A program made the translations under genes and the position numbers. Below, piece after piece: positions 24,825 to 36,622 of a stretch of DNA of 64,000 nt. The first letter of the stretch is position 1. The number at the start of each line of letters is the position of its first letter. Origin of the DNA: Octopus vulgaris (taxonomy: Eukaryota); the NCBI GenBank assembly GCA_951406725.2, contig OX597818.1, forward strand, positions 135,098,001-135,162,000. Reading direction: 5' to 3'. Below the pieces are notes generated by a model. It saw only the letters and a list, made by a program, of their open reading frames with translations. It had not been told where the DNA came from and did not search any database.

Positions 24825-26201
24825 GCAAACTCACCACATACCCCTTCAGGTAGGTGGCCCTACTCGATCTGTAGAAAAGGTGTAGGTAGAAACTTCATAA
24901 GATGTACCCAGTGTAAGCTATGAACACATAAGAGGTGCAGCAACATCAAAGGAAAATTAACCGAGAAGATAGCTTTCGTGTGCGGCAGATGCACAGGTGC
25001 AATAGACACCATTGATACTCAGAAAACAGATTCTATTACATTCCTGGGGGAGAAACTAGAAACAGTTGATAGTTTCCACTACCTAGGTGACCAAGTTAGT
25101 TGTGGGGGTGGATGCTCAGAGAGTGTTACCACTAGAATAAGAATAGCCTGGGCAAAGTTTAGGAAGCTTCTTCGCTACTGGCGACAAAGGGTCTCTTGCT
25201 CAGAGTGAAAGGTAGATTGTACGATGCATGTGTACAAACTGCCATGCTTCACAGCAGTGAAACATGGGCTGTGACTGCGGAGGACATGCGTAGGCTCGAA
25301 AGAAATGAAGCTAGCATGATCTGCTGGATGTGTAATGTCAGTGTTCATGCACGACAGAGTGTAAGCTCCCTGAGAGAAATGTTGGGCATAAGAAGCATCG
25401 GATGCAGCATGCACGAGAGATGTTTGCATTGGTATGGTCATGTACTACGGATGGATGAAGAGAGATGTGTGAAGAAGTGCTACTCCCAAACTGTTGAAGG
25501 AATCCGGGGTAGAGGTAGACTCAGGAAGACATGGGACGAGGTGGTCAAGCATGACCTTCGTACGTTGAGCCTCACAGAGGCTATGGTGAAAGACCGAGAC
25601 CTCTGGAAATATGCTGTGACTTCGAAGACCCGACAAATGAAGTGAGTTCATGGCTTGCAGGATGGCCTGCTGTGCTTGAAGAGACCTATTTTGTCAAGTT
25701 CATCAACATCAAAATAAAAATCGTATGGATATTGTAGTTGTGATACCAGTGCCGGTATCACAGAGGAAATGACGAAGACCGAGACCTCTGAGATATGCTG
25801 TGACTGCGAAGACCCGACAAATGAGGTGAGTTCATGGCTCACAGGATGGCTTGCTGTGCTAACCTTGGATCGTAGAGTGACCCGCTGTTCTTGAGGAGAC
25901 CTATTGAGTCAAGTACGTCAACACCAACATGAAAATGAAAATCAAACGGAAATTGTTGTTAAGATACCTGTGCCGGTGACAAGTAAAAAGCACCGTCCGA
26001 ATGCGGCAGATGCTAGCACTACCTGACTGGCGTCTGTGTCGGTGACACGTAAAAGCACCAACCGATCGTGGCCGTTTGCCAGCCTCCTCTGGTCCCTGTG
26101 CTGGTGGCACATAAAAAGCACCCACTACACTCACGGGCTTCCCAGACCCCGGTCGAACCGTCTAACCCATGCTAGCATGGAAAACAGACGTTAAACGATG
26201 A

Positions 26202-26205
<4 letters not shown>
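24825..26205 (+). mobile_element. 5'-truncated RTE-clade LINE (RT C-terminus + 3' UTR)
   Basis: VDSFHYLG..., RIRIAWAKF, GRLYDACVQTAMLHSSETW, LHWYGHVLRM, RGRGRLRKTW are typical of the RTE ORF C-terminus; frameshifted; (GAT)n tail. Confidence 0.92.
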
Positions 26206-26248
<43 letters not shown>

Positions 26249-26734
26249 CATACATATGCATATATACATATATATATATACATACATACATATACACACA
26301 CATATGTATATATATATCAAAGAATGTAAAAAGAAAGAAAATAGGCAGCTTCTGGCATTGTGGAAAGTTTTATAAAACCTTTATATTTCAGTTGCAAAGC
26401 CATTTTCAGAAGAAAGACGCAGGCTAAGGAAAGTCAAGTTATGTAGGATCCATTAATTCATCCAAATCTCCAGCTTTTCATGTAACAGCAGCAATCGCTC
26501 TCCAAATGCAGGTGTAATTGACGTCTCACACATTAGCGTAAACAAAGAACAAACATGCAGCTGTTGCTACAAGCTACTCACCATTTGTAGTATGATGACT
26601 TAATATCAGTAGTAGTAGTGGCAGTTGCTCTTTAAGTGTTGATGGCTGACAAAGTGTTGGTACAAAACAAATCTCAGCTGCCATTCACTATCTGTTGGTT
26701 ATTGTCAAAGAAGCCATTGGCTCAACACCGATCA

Positions 26735-27010
26735 ACTGTTAATTTTGGGGTTGAGGCAGTGGATCAGCAGAGTCTCTTTTATAAGTAGATTGCCAGTGTT
26801 ATTTTCAGAGGCTAGTAGGGATGCATCTATCTCCTTGGTGTTGTCACATCTAGTAAGGTCTTTGTGAAAGGAGGACACATTAGTGGTGAGATGCTCGTTA
26901 ATTTGGATACGGAGTGGTCATGTTGTGCCACCGATGTTGTAGTTGCCACATTTAGAGCATTGTATTTGGTCTAACATACATGTAAGCACATGTTAGAGTT
27001 GTAAATGAGG
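26735..27010 (-). pseudogene. Penelope-like GIY-YIG endonuclease remnant
   Basis: Minus-strand QIQCSKCGNYNIGGTT*PLRIQINEHL ... LLIKETLLIHCLNPKIN fits the PLE GIY-YIG pattern CxxC..YIG.T..L..R..EH...L.IKE...I....P.IN. Confidence 0.75.
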
Positions 27011-27494
27011 CAGTTCATTATGGTGTAAAGCTGTTGTTCTGCATGTGACAAACCTCATTGATAGGTGTTTGTATAGGGATGGCATTTAGCATTAAACTTG
27101 GGAAGTCTACTGCCAAGAAATTGAGCATGCTTTGGCAAGCTTACAGCAACAAGGAAATGGGTTGTACGCAATGTTTTAAGTAACATGGGTGCTTCAAAAG
27201 CAGAAGAATGTCCCTGGAAGACAACGAGTGACATGGAAGATCTACCATGAGTGTCACCCACAGAAATGTGGTATTGTGCATCAAGAATTCACTTAGTCAG
27301 TTATTTAAAGGATATTCCAGATTTAAGAATTCTATTGTTTTTGTTCAATCATAGTGCATTGAGTACTATATTAACCAACATGTTCATTTTTTTAAGCAAA
27401 AGAGTGTGAATCAAGGGAAACTTTGCTATTATTTCTTGCAGGTCATCTGCTAGACTAAAGATTTCCTCACTGATACTAATGTTATGTGGTAACA

Positions 27495-27909
27495 TTACTC
27501 TTTACTCTTTTACTTGTTTCAGTCATTTGACTGCGGCCATGCTGGAGCACCGCCTTTAATCGAGCAACTCGACCCCGGGACTTATTCTTTTTGTAAGCCC
27601 AGTACTTATTCTATCGGTCTCTTTTGCCGAACCGCTAAGTAACGGGGACATAAACACACCAGCATCAGTTGTCAAGCAATGCTAGGGGGACAAACACAGA
27701 CACACAAACAAACACACATACATACATATATATATATACATATATACGACAGGCTTCTTTCAGTTTCCGTCTACCAAATCCACTCACAAGGCATTGGTCG
27801 GCCCGGGGCTATAGCAGAAGACACTTGCTCAAGATGCCACGCAGCGGGACTGAACCCGGAACCATGTGGCTGGTTAGCAAGCTACTTACCACACAGCCAC
27901 TCCTGCGCC
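27495..27909 (-). mobile_element. SINE family A, full length
   Basis: Colinear with other family A copies. Confidence 0.92.
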
Positions 27910-27964
27910 TAACATTATTGAATTTACTTTAGTCATATTCCTGGTAATGAAATAAATTAATCCA

Positions 27965-28252
27965 ACATTATTTACATTATTTACATTATTTACATATGAC
28001 ATATATTTGTCATCATCTTGTTTGTTGTTATCATGTTTTGGCTGATATACCCTCCAGCTTTCATCAGGTGTGTTGGGGAAATTTCAAACATGAGTTCTCA
28101 TTCTTAAGGTATTTTTCGATGGGTATATCAGCCAAAACATTGGAAGGTATATCAGCTAAAACGTTGTGTTAACAACAAACAAGATGAGAACAAATATTCG
28201 TCAAATGTAAATAATGTACCTAATTCTTCATCTCTTAAATATAGAACTGTAT
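27965..28252. mobile_element. PLE-terminal-repeat-like fragment in inverted arrangement, with decayed hammerhead (28030-28072, minus strand)
   Basis: 27985-28060 is the reverse complement of 28141-28220; minus strand CTGATGA-AAGCTG..CAGCC-AAAAC (G12>A); related fragment at 36076-36645. Confidence 0.6.
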
Positions 28253-28287
28253 TAATTAATCCTTCCTAAAACTTTTCTCAATGGTAG

Positions 28288-28520
28288 TTTGGCGAGCTAG
28301 CAGAATCCTTAGCACGTCGGGCGAAATGCTTAGCGGTATTTCGGCTGCCGTTACGTTGTGAGTTCAAATTCCGCCGAGGTCGACTTTGCCTTTCATCCTT
28401 TCGGGGTCGATAAATTAAGTACCAGTTAAGCACTGGGGTCGATATAATCAACTTAATACCTATGTCTGTCCATGTTTGTCTCCACTATGTTTAGCCCCTT
28501 GTGGGTAATAAAGAAATAGG
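28288..28520 (+). mobile_element. SINE family C
   Basis: Head, B-box and Meta-like domain present. Confidence 0.88.
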
Positions 28521-28992
28521 TAGTTTGTTCTTGTAGGATATAAAACAAGAGACACTACACCTGACAGGTGCTAATCAAATGAAAGTAAGAAATGTGTTGG
28601 GGAGACTCAGGATGCCACTGAAGACAACCTCCTCATCATCACCATTTTGTTTATCAATAATAAGTCAGATTATCAAGTTCTGTTTCTCTTCAGGTTATTA
28701 CTACACCTGAGACCTGATCACAGCACCGCAAGTTAAACATTGCCACATTCCACATGGTTGTTAGACTTGATAGAAATAGCAGCAATACCTCTACGAAAAT
28801 CACATCCTGCCGGCTTGGTTAAAGAAAAGACACATTGGATAATGTAGTCCTAGATACACTATTACAGAAGAAGAAGAAGGAGGATAGCAATGGTGTCTAG
28901 AGATTAAGAATGCAGAAATGAAACTGAAAGAAGCTGTCGATGAAGGATTTACAAAATGCGCATGGAAAGGGAATAGGAAAGGATTCCCAGAA

Positions 28993-29042
28993 ATAATAAT
29001 AATAATAATAATAGTAATAATAAAAATAATAATAATAATAAT
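28993..29042. repeat. (AAT)n microsatellite
   Basis: Directly visible. Confidence 0.95.
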
Positions 29043-29448
29043 TGGAATGTATTTATGTATGTCTCCAAAAACCAGAAAAAAAGAGCCATCATGATATTAG
29101 TCATGATTGCCAGCAGTTAATGCCTTAAACATGAACATCAAATGTAGATAGTCACCCCCAGCTGGTTGTTATAACAGAAAGTGAGGAATTAGGAACAAGA
29201 TTTGGCACCATTCACCACCACTACCAGTAGCTATATCACAGCCACTGGGGTGGGGATGGTTGGTGTTAAAACTAAGTCAGATTATCTGAGTCTATCTCCA
29301 GGTTATATCCTTTTACTGCAACCAAACAAAACATTGGCATACCCTACATGCTTGTTGGAATGAACATCGTGTTCAACATTTATTTGATGTCCTGTACCCA
29401 TATATGCATGTATATATACATATAGATGTAGATATGTACATATATATA

Positions 29449-29490
<42 letters not shown>

Positions 29491-29671
29491 GGGAATAAAT
29501 CCAAATTTACAAGGAAAAATCAGATTAAGATTGAATCCAATTTTATAATAAAATATTATATTATAATAAATTAGAGACAAAACCACTATTATGCAAATCA
29601 AACAAAGAAAGACTTAAGCCAATACATAAAATATAAAATAATTTATATAAATTAAAATTTAACAAATGAAT

Positions 29672-29723
29672 AACCACTACGATCGTTTCGTGTCAGCACA
29701 TCTTAGACATTCTTCAGGTGGTT
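29672..29723 (-). ncRNA. type-I hammerhead ribozyme motif, intact core
   Basis: Minus strand AACCAC-CTGAAGA-aTGTC..GACAc-GAAA-CGATCG-TA-GTGGTT: 6-bp stem I, palindromic loop 3, GUA cleavage triplet. Confidence 0.75.
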
Positions 29724-30671
29724 TCTAAACCTTACATGTGAGTGCACACATACACACACACAATCAGCATCATTGTTTTGACAACTATTTCTCCATGATT
29801 GCATGGTCATGCCCCCCGCCCCACATCACCAATCCCTGCCTATTTCTTAGCAAGGCAGTATTTCCCTATGGCCAGATATATTTTCAAAGAAGATCAGAAA
29901 TGAAGGACACTGCTTGTACAACTGCGACATTCCTTTACAACCATCACATGGTGTCAAGATGAAGAGACACGAACTCACACGCATACACATATACAACGAG
30001 CTTCTTTCAGTTTCCATCTGCTAAAACTACTCACAGAGCTTTGGTCAGTCTAAGGGTATAGTAGAAGATACTTGCCCAAGGTGTCATGCAGTGGGTCTGA
30101 ACCTGAAATGACATGGTTGGAAACAAACTTCTTAGCCACACGCTCGTTATGAACAAATATAATGTCAAAGACAAAACATTAATTTGAAGGTAATGATAGC
30201 AGTTTCTCATTTCTGTCATATATGGCAGCTAGCATGCTTACCTCATTAGCAGATATGTAGATTGATTATCAATAGGATCTACTGCAATTTTTTTTCTTTG
30301 GAGACATTTGTTTATACACAAACACACATATATATATATATATATCTATATCAGCTGACATTTATTAATATAAAAAATCTCAACTACTGAGATTATATTT
30401 GAAAGCCTTAATGAGTTGTTTGAGTACCGAGTGAAAAGTTTGTCTTCGTGTAGTGTATTGACAACCCATCCCTCTCTATATTACTAGACACATAAATGGA
30501 AATTACAGATGTGAAAATAAGTTAATTCATTCCACCAGGAACCAAACCTTGTTTTGCAGATATCTCTTAAAGATACCTCCTCTCCCTCCCTCCTACTACT
30601 ACAACAACACAGAGATACGCACAAGTTCTATGACAGTGATTAAGGTAATAGATTTAAACTGTTTATTTTAA

Positions 30672-30825
30672 GATGCAGGCATGGCTGTGTGGTTAGGGAG
30701 CTTGCTTCCTAGCTACATGGTTTCGGGTTCAGTCCCACTGCGTGGCACTTTGGGTAGGTGTCTTCCACTATAGCCCCAAGCCGACCGGAGCTTTGTGATT
30801 GAATTCGGTAGGTGGAAGTTACTGC
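30672..30825 (+). mobile_element. SINE family A 5' half, A>G-rich variant
   Basis: Colinear with the family A head; see findings. Confidence 0.85.
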
Positions 30826-31269
30826 CGTGTGTGTATATGTGCGTATAGCTGCTCAGTGCCTCTCCGAAAGAGAGAGAGGGGATGCCTTTCTATTGTGTAG
30901 ATGTCTCTTTCCACCATCGGATGAAAATGAAATCAATTTTCTATTGTTTCAATATTTCAAGCCAACACTTCCTGTTTGAATCTCTGGACTTGTAACAACA
31001 AACTGGCCTTATGAAATCCTCATGATAACTACATTTAAAGAATTAGCCAAACCTACAATAGAAAAAAAACCCACCAAAAAACACTGAAATTGCAATCTTG
31101 AGAAGCTTATGTGTCTCAAAGTACTTTGGTATTTAAACTTCTGGTGAAAAGCCAGAAATGACTAAGTTTTTTTCTTCTTAAGTTGTCTTAGTGGTGAAGA
31201 ACTTCTTAGAAATCTTGTAGGGAATACATCAGGTTTTAGTTTTAATGTAACTAAATATAGCCATTCATG

Positions 31270-31660
31270 TTACTCTTACTCTTTTACTTGTTTCAGTCAT
31301 TTGACTGCAGCCATGCTGGAGCACCGCCTTTAGTCGATCAAATCGACCCCGGGACTTATTCTTTGTAAGCCCAGTACTTATTCTATTAGTCTCTTTTGCC
31401 AAACCGCTAAGTGACGGGGACGTAAACACACCAGCATCGGTTGTCAAGTAATGCTAGGGGGACAAACACAGACACACAAATACACACACACACATATATA
31501 TATACATATATACGACAGGCTTCTTTCAGTTTCCGTCTACCAAATCCACTCACAAGGCATTGGTCGACCCGGGGCTATAGCAGAAGACACTTGCCCAAGA
31601 TGCCACGCAGTGGGACTGAACCCGGAACCATGTGGTTGGTTAGCAAGCCACTCCTGCGCC
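31270..31660 (-). mobile_element. SINE family A (small deletion in head)
   Basis: Colinear with other family A copies. Confidence 0.9.
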
Positions 31661-32029
31661 TGTTGTTGATGTTCCATACAAAATGATATGGTTGATTGCA
31701 TAATCGCTTTCATTAAATTGTTGTTGCTGTTGTTGTTGATATTGTTGTTGATATTGTTGTCCCAGGTCAATTCTGTTCAAGGAAACATTTCATCAACAGT
31801 GTACTGAAAGCTAGAATATTTGGGGAAATCAGTCTTGCATAAGTCACAAACAGATAGTCAATCAGAGAGTACAGGGAAGTGTTTTGCCCTCTGATTGGTG
31901 CAGCAGTATTATAGTCAATTACTACAAGGGGAAAAGGGATGCTATAGAGAAAAGCAACAATGGAATTTGTTAGCTAAGTTATGAAACATACAAAAAGTAC
32001 TATAGCAGAACTGATTAAGAAAAGAATTT

Positions 32030-33130
32030 GCTGAAATGAAATATACTTCAGATTTGTACAAGGAAGGGTACCATAAATACAATTTTCCTAGTGAGACAAC
32101 TGTAGAAGAACTGAGTCACTTTATCTAGCATTCATTGGCCTGGAAAAGTCCTCGGATAAGAAAATAAAAGGATAGATAAATGGTTTGTGAGAACTATACA
32201 AGTCATGTACAGAGGTGTCATAACTAAAGATGGAGTGGGCATTGAGGTCAGTAAAGAATTTAGGATGCAAATTGGTGTACATTAAGGTTCAGTTCTTAAA
32301 CCGCTTCTCTTTGTTATAGTCCTCCATACCAATATAAAGGAGTTAAAGACCAGCTACTCATGGGAACCCTTGATTGCCAATGGCCTAATTCTCATAGTTT
32401 AATTGGTCAAAATTTAGAAAGGAAATTTCAAAGATGGAAGCAAAGCTAGAGCTAAGAGGCTTCAGAGTTAACCTAGTAAAAACTAAAACTTTAGTTAACA
32501 GAGAAAATGACAGCACTCTTCTACCATCAGGGAATTGGCCATGCTCAGTATGCAGAAAAGAAAAAAGTGGTAATTCCAGAGGGAAAAATAAAGTCCTTTA
32601 ATTGCTCAGAAGACTCATTAGAAGTAGTTGAATATTTTTGTTACTGAGGTGACCTAACTATCAATGGAGGAGGGTGTTTCAAAAACACAGTAGTTCCAGT
32701 AACAATGACATGGAAACATTTCAGGGAGCTACTGCTTCTGCTGGCAACAAAAGGATTCTTTCTTCAAATGAAGGTCAGATCATATGATGTTTATGTGTGA
32801 AATGTGATGCTGCATGGTAGTGAAACACAACCCTTAATTGTAAATGATTAGTAAAGGTTAAAAAGAAATGAGTCAAGCATGTTTCACGAGATGTATAATG
32901 TTACTATGTTAGTGTGTGTGAACAACAGAGCACAAATAAACCCAGAAAAAAAAAAACTGAATAAAAGAGGAATCAGGTTTAATGTGTAAGAGAGAAAACT
33001 CCTCTGGAATGGGTATGTAATGATAATGGATTATGCCAGTTATATAAAGAAATGTCCTGCACTTCAAGTAAATGACATTATGAAAGACATGATATGCAAT
33101 GGTGAAGACTGGTCTCAGCCAACTGATGAC
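32030..33130 (+). mobile_element. old, heavily decayed RTE LINE RT region
   Basis: GVH*GSVLKPLLF, LRVNLVKTK and LHGSET motifs are colinear with the 41.5 kb copy; many stops. Confidence 0.75.
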
Positions 33131-35228
33131 CATGACTTGCTGTGAAACATTGAGCTGGAAAAGACCTGCTAATTTATGCAACCATGGAAAAGCAAACAAA
33201 ACATGGTGGTAGAGAGATTCCTACTATCACTGTCTCTCTCCTATTGCATGTATAATGAAATCCCTCCAACATCAGTCTTCTTTATAGATATCCAGCACAA
33301 CTTTCCCCATTTACTTTCATATCTATCATTCATTCCTGACTTCCATCACTCTCCTTCTTCTATCAGTCTCTCAGCTCTATCATGTAGTTGTGCATCACCC
33401 GCTTTCTTTCTCTCTCTCTCTCTCTCTCTTTCATGCATTACTCTTTCTTTGATCAACCTCTTGCTCTCATTCTCAGTTATGTGGGAAAGACAAGAATGAA
33501 CATGTGAATGGAGACAGTACAGGAAAGAGAAGACTCTCCTTAATATTGCTGAGGCACAATGAAGACTCTTCTTAACTATAACTTCAGTCTTGCTGAAGGC
33601 AAGATAGTCTCTCTCTAACACTGGTGTCATGGTTAACAGTACATGGTGCACACTATAAAAAGATTGGCATCAGAAAGGGCACCTAGCCAAAGAAACCATT
33701 TCAAAAATAGAGTGTACAAGCGCCACATGATCACAGATCCATCTAGAAGAGCAGAAACTCTGAATAAGAACTGAATCAGACAGTATTAAAACATGTCCAA
33801 CCTTTACCAGCGAATGAGAAAGGTGATGATAGTGATGACAATAAGTATGATGATAATACTATAAAAAAAATGAAGATATTTCTTGTTCCCTTTTTCCTAT
33901 TCTATGTCAGTCTGCAGGTATATGTGTTGCAGATGCATACTATCTGCCAATATATTTTCTATCTGTAACTGCCTGCAGATACGTGTGTTAGTTTGATAGA
34001 TGGTACTTTGTGATGGGTTTTTTTTTCACACCATTTTGTTACCTATGAATATTCTGTAGTTAAAGAATTAGCCTTACTTCACCCAGGTAAAGTATTAAGT
34101 AAGAGTTTGAACCTAGCATGTTATGATATATAAACTCTGATATTTGTGGATGTTAAAAAAACCTTCACTATTTTGCTGGGTCCAAGCAAATGTATAGCAT
34201 ACAAAATGCTTGGAACAGTACACAGACTTAGCATTTCAATTATTCCATGCCTGTCACAGCCTATCTCTGCAACTATACACTGCACTCTGTTATGTAATGA
34301 CTGCTTGTACTAAAAGTAGTGAAGTACAGTCAAAAGATGCTGCTTAATCAGTTTGTACAGTTCATACATGGTCAGAAGTTCAAATGGTAATCACAGCTAC
34401 AATGAACAGATAAAATAAATGTTCTGCCCCTTCTATCTACTGACATAAGTTTCTACAAGAACACAAATTCAACAAGTTTGCTGTATATTCTTTTGTTACC
34501 TTAGATCTATTATTCAATAACCTATCTTACTAGTAATGCCCAACATCAAGTGTTCTTTGATATACTTTTGCTCTAATTATTTGAATATCATATACAAGCT
34601 CATGTGTCCCACAATCAAGTTATGCCAAAGATTATTTAGAAGAGGCTTAAACCAAAGCTCATTCAGGGTAAAGTGATATTGAACAGTTAACTGTATCTAG
34701 TCATTGGAGAGTGGTTAGATAGCATCACCTGGTCTGTATTCTTGAAGAAAGCGGGCATCTTAGTTTTACTGAAAACTGTATGCCACAACATACAGGATTT
34801 ATTGGTTATTCTTGGTGCAATATATACATATACCTAGAGATACTTTAAAAGCTCAGAAAGCTGATGTGCTTAAAGATTTAAGTGTTATTCTAAATAAACT
34901 CTCAAATACCAATTGAAAATACACACCAAGTAACTATCTAAAAAACACTAAGTGTATCCAACTAAGTATCCAGCTAAATAATTTCTCAAGTATCTTTATA
35001 AAAACACTCCTCAATATATGTTCAGAAAATCTCTTAAAACACTAACACTTATGACAGTCCAATCTAGGAATGACCAAGCATTTCACACATGTTACTAACA
35101 CCTCCATCAATACATCACTTTAGAAAATGTTTGATTCCAGCCAACAGAAAGACGAGGATTTGCAACATACTTCAATGATATTTCACAATTTGACTCTCAT
35201 CCTCCTTCACTTTGAAAAACCACTTTAA

Positions 35229-35447
35229 CCCTTTAATATTTAAACCGGCCATGTCTGGCCAAAATAGCTAATCTGTTTTATGTTCAAACTGACCAGATCC
35301 AGGCTCTCACACCTACCCTACAATGTTATTCTACATTAAGTAATTACACCATCAAGATCTTGAAGATATGAGATAATGCATGATTAATTCAAATCAATGG
35401 GAATCAATAGGCATTATGTTTGATAGAATAATCTGAACACTAAAGGG
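35229..35447. mobile_element. piggyBac-like MITE, family E
   Basis: TTAA|CCCTTTA ... TAAAGGG|TTAA. Confidence 0.85.
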
Positions 35448-35561
35448 TTAATGTCAAACCAATGGGAGAGCCTCTTTGCAGTAGTTCAATATGTTAGCCA
35501 TAACAGTTAAATCTCCTGCAAATCAGACACACTACAATATTTACAGAAAAGAAACACTTAA

Positions 35562-35768
35562 CCCTATGGCATTCAATTTACTCTGTAAAACATAATACTT
35601 ATTTTGATTGTTTTCAATTAATCAGGCATTATCTTGCAGCTTTAAGATTTCAATGACGTGATTGTATATTTTTAGAATGACATTGTATGGTGGGTGTGAG
35701 AGGCCAAAATCTGGCTAATTTGAACTTTAATCATGTAGAATAGTTTGGCCAGTTTAAATACTAAAGGG
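35562..35768. mobile_element. piggyBac-like MITE, family E, inverted relative to 35229-35447
   Basis: TTAA|CCCTATGG ... CTAAAGGG|TTAA. Confidence 0.8.
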
Positions 35769-36124
35769 TTAATGAATAAGGTAGTCTTAGGCTTTTGTCA
35801 TAGATCTGCCCAATGAAGAATGACCTGGGGCTAAACTACGACCTCTGAGCTTGCTAAAACTCTTGTAGATATGCAATTCAGCTGACAGGTCACCTAACAG
35901 GTCTTCTCACTTGAAATCTTTGCATAACTCTTTTGATGCTAACCAAACCCACCAGGGCCTACCTCTGATTTTACTATACAAACTTTTTGTTTTAAACTAA
36001 TTGAAATTAAAACCCTCCATCAAAATTTCATATAAAATTATATTCCAAACACCTGCTTAATAACAACAAAGTTATTTTACAGTTCTATATTTAAGGGATG
36101 AGGAATTATGTACGTTATTTACAA

Positions 36125-36622
36125 CTAGCAGCATAGCCCGGCATTGCCCGGGTATGTAAGAGCCCCTGGGCAGCAATGCTAGGGGTACAAACACAAACAC
36201 ATACACACATATACATATATACGACAGGCTTCTTTTGAACAGTTTCCATCTACCAAATCCATGATTTTTTCTGATGGTAAGGTATTGCATGGAAAACTAA
36301 CGTCAGAATTAAGTTTCTTAGGATAACATTAAGCTTCACCATGAGTTTGGTGAAAAGTGATTGCAAGTTGCGAAAACTACAACAGAACCATGTGGTTGGC
36401 AAACAAAAAGCTAGATTCTTGACCACACAGCCATGTCGAATTTATCAATTTTTTTCAGAACTGGGGGAACTTTTCAAAATTTTCGCTGTGTTAGTTTTGA
36501 ATTATGACATTGGGCTATGTGTGTGTCAAGTTTCATCAGAATCGGTTGAAAGCCGTGGTCAAGGTGAGGGTACAACCTGACAGACACACAGACAGACAAA
36601 CTGCCGTTTATATAGAGAGAGA
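36125..36622 (-). mobile_element. non-autonomous Helitron carrying SINE-A fragments
   Basis: Minus strand A|TCTCTCTCTATATAAACGGCAG ... CCCGGGCAATGCCGGG..CTAG|T. Confidence 0.8.

Noticed and set aside
26380-26425. Hammerhead downstream of the GIY-YIG remnant (minus strand CTGAAAA...CTGAAATA)
   Set aside because: Position fits a PLE terminal repeat, but the core is mutated and the stems are not convincing
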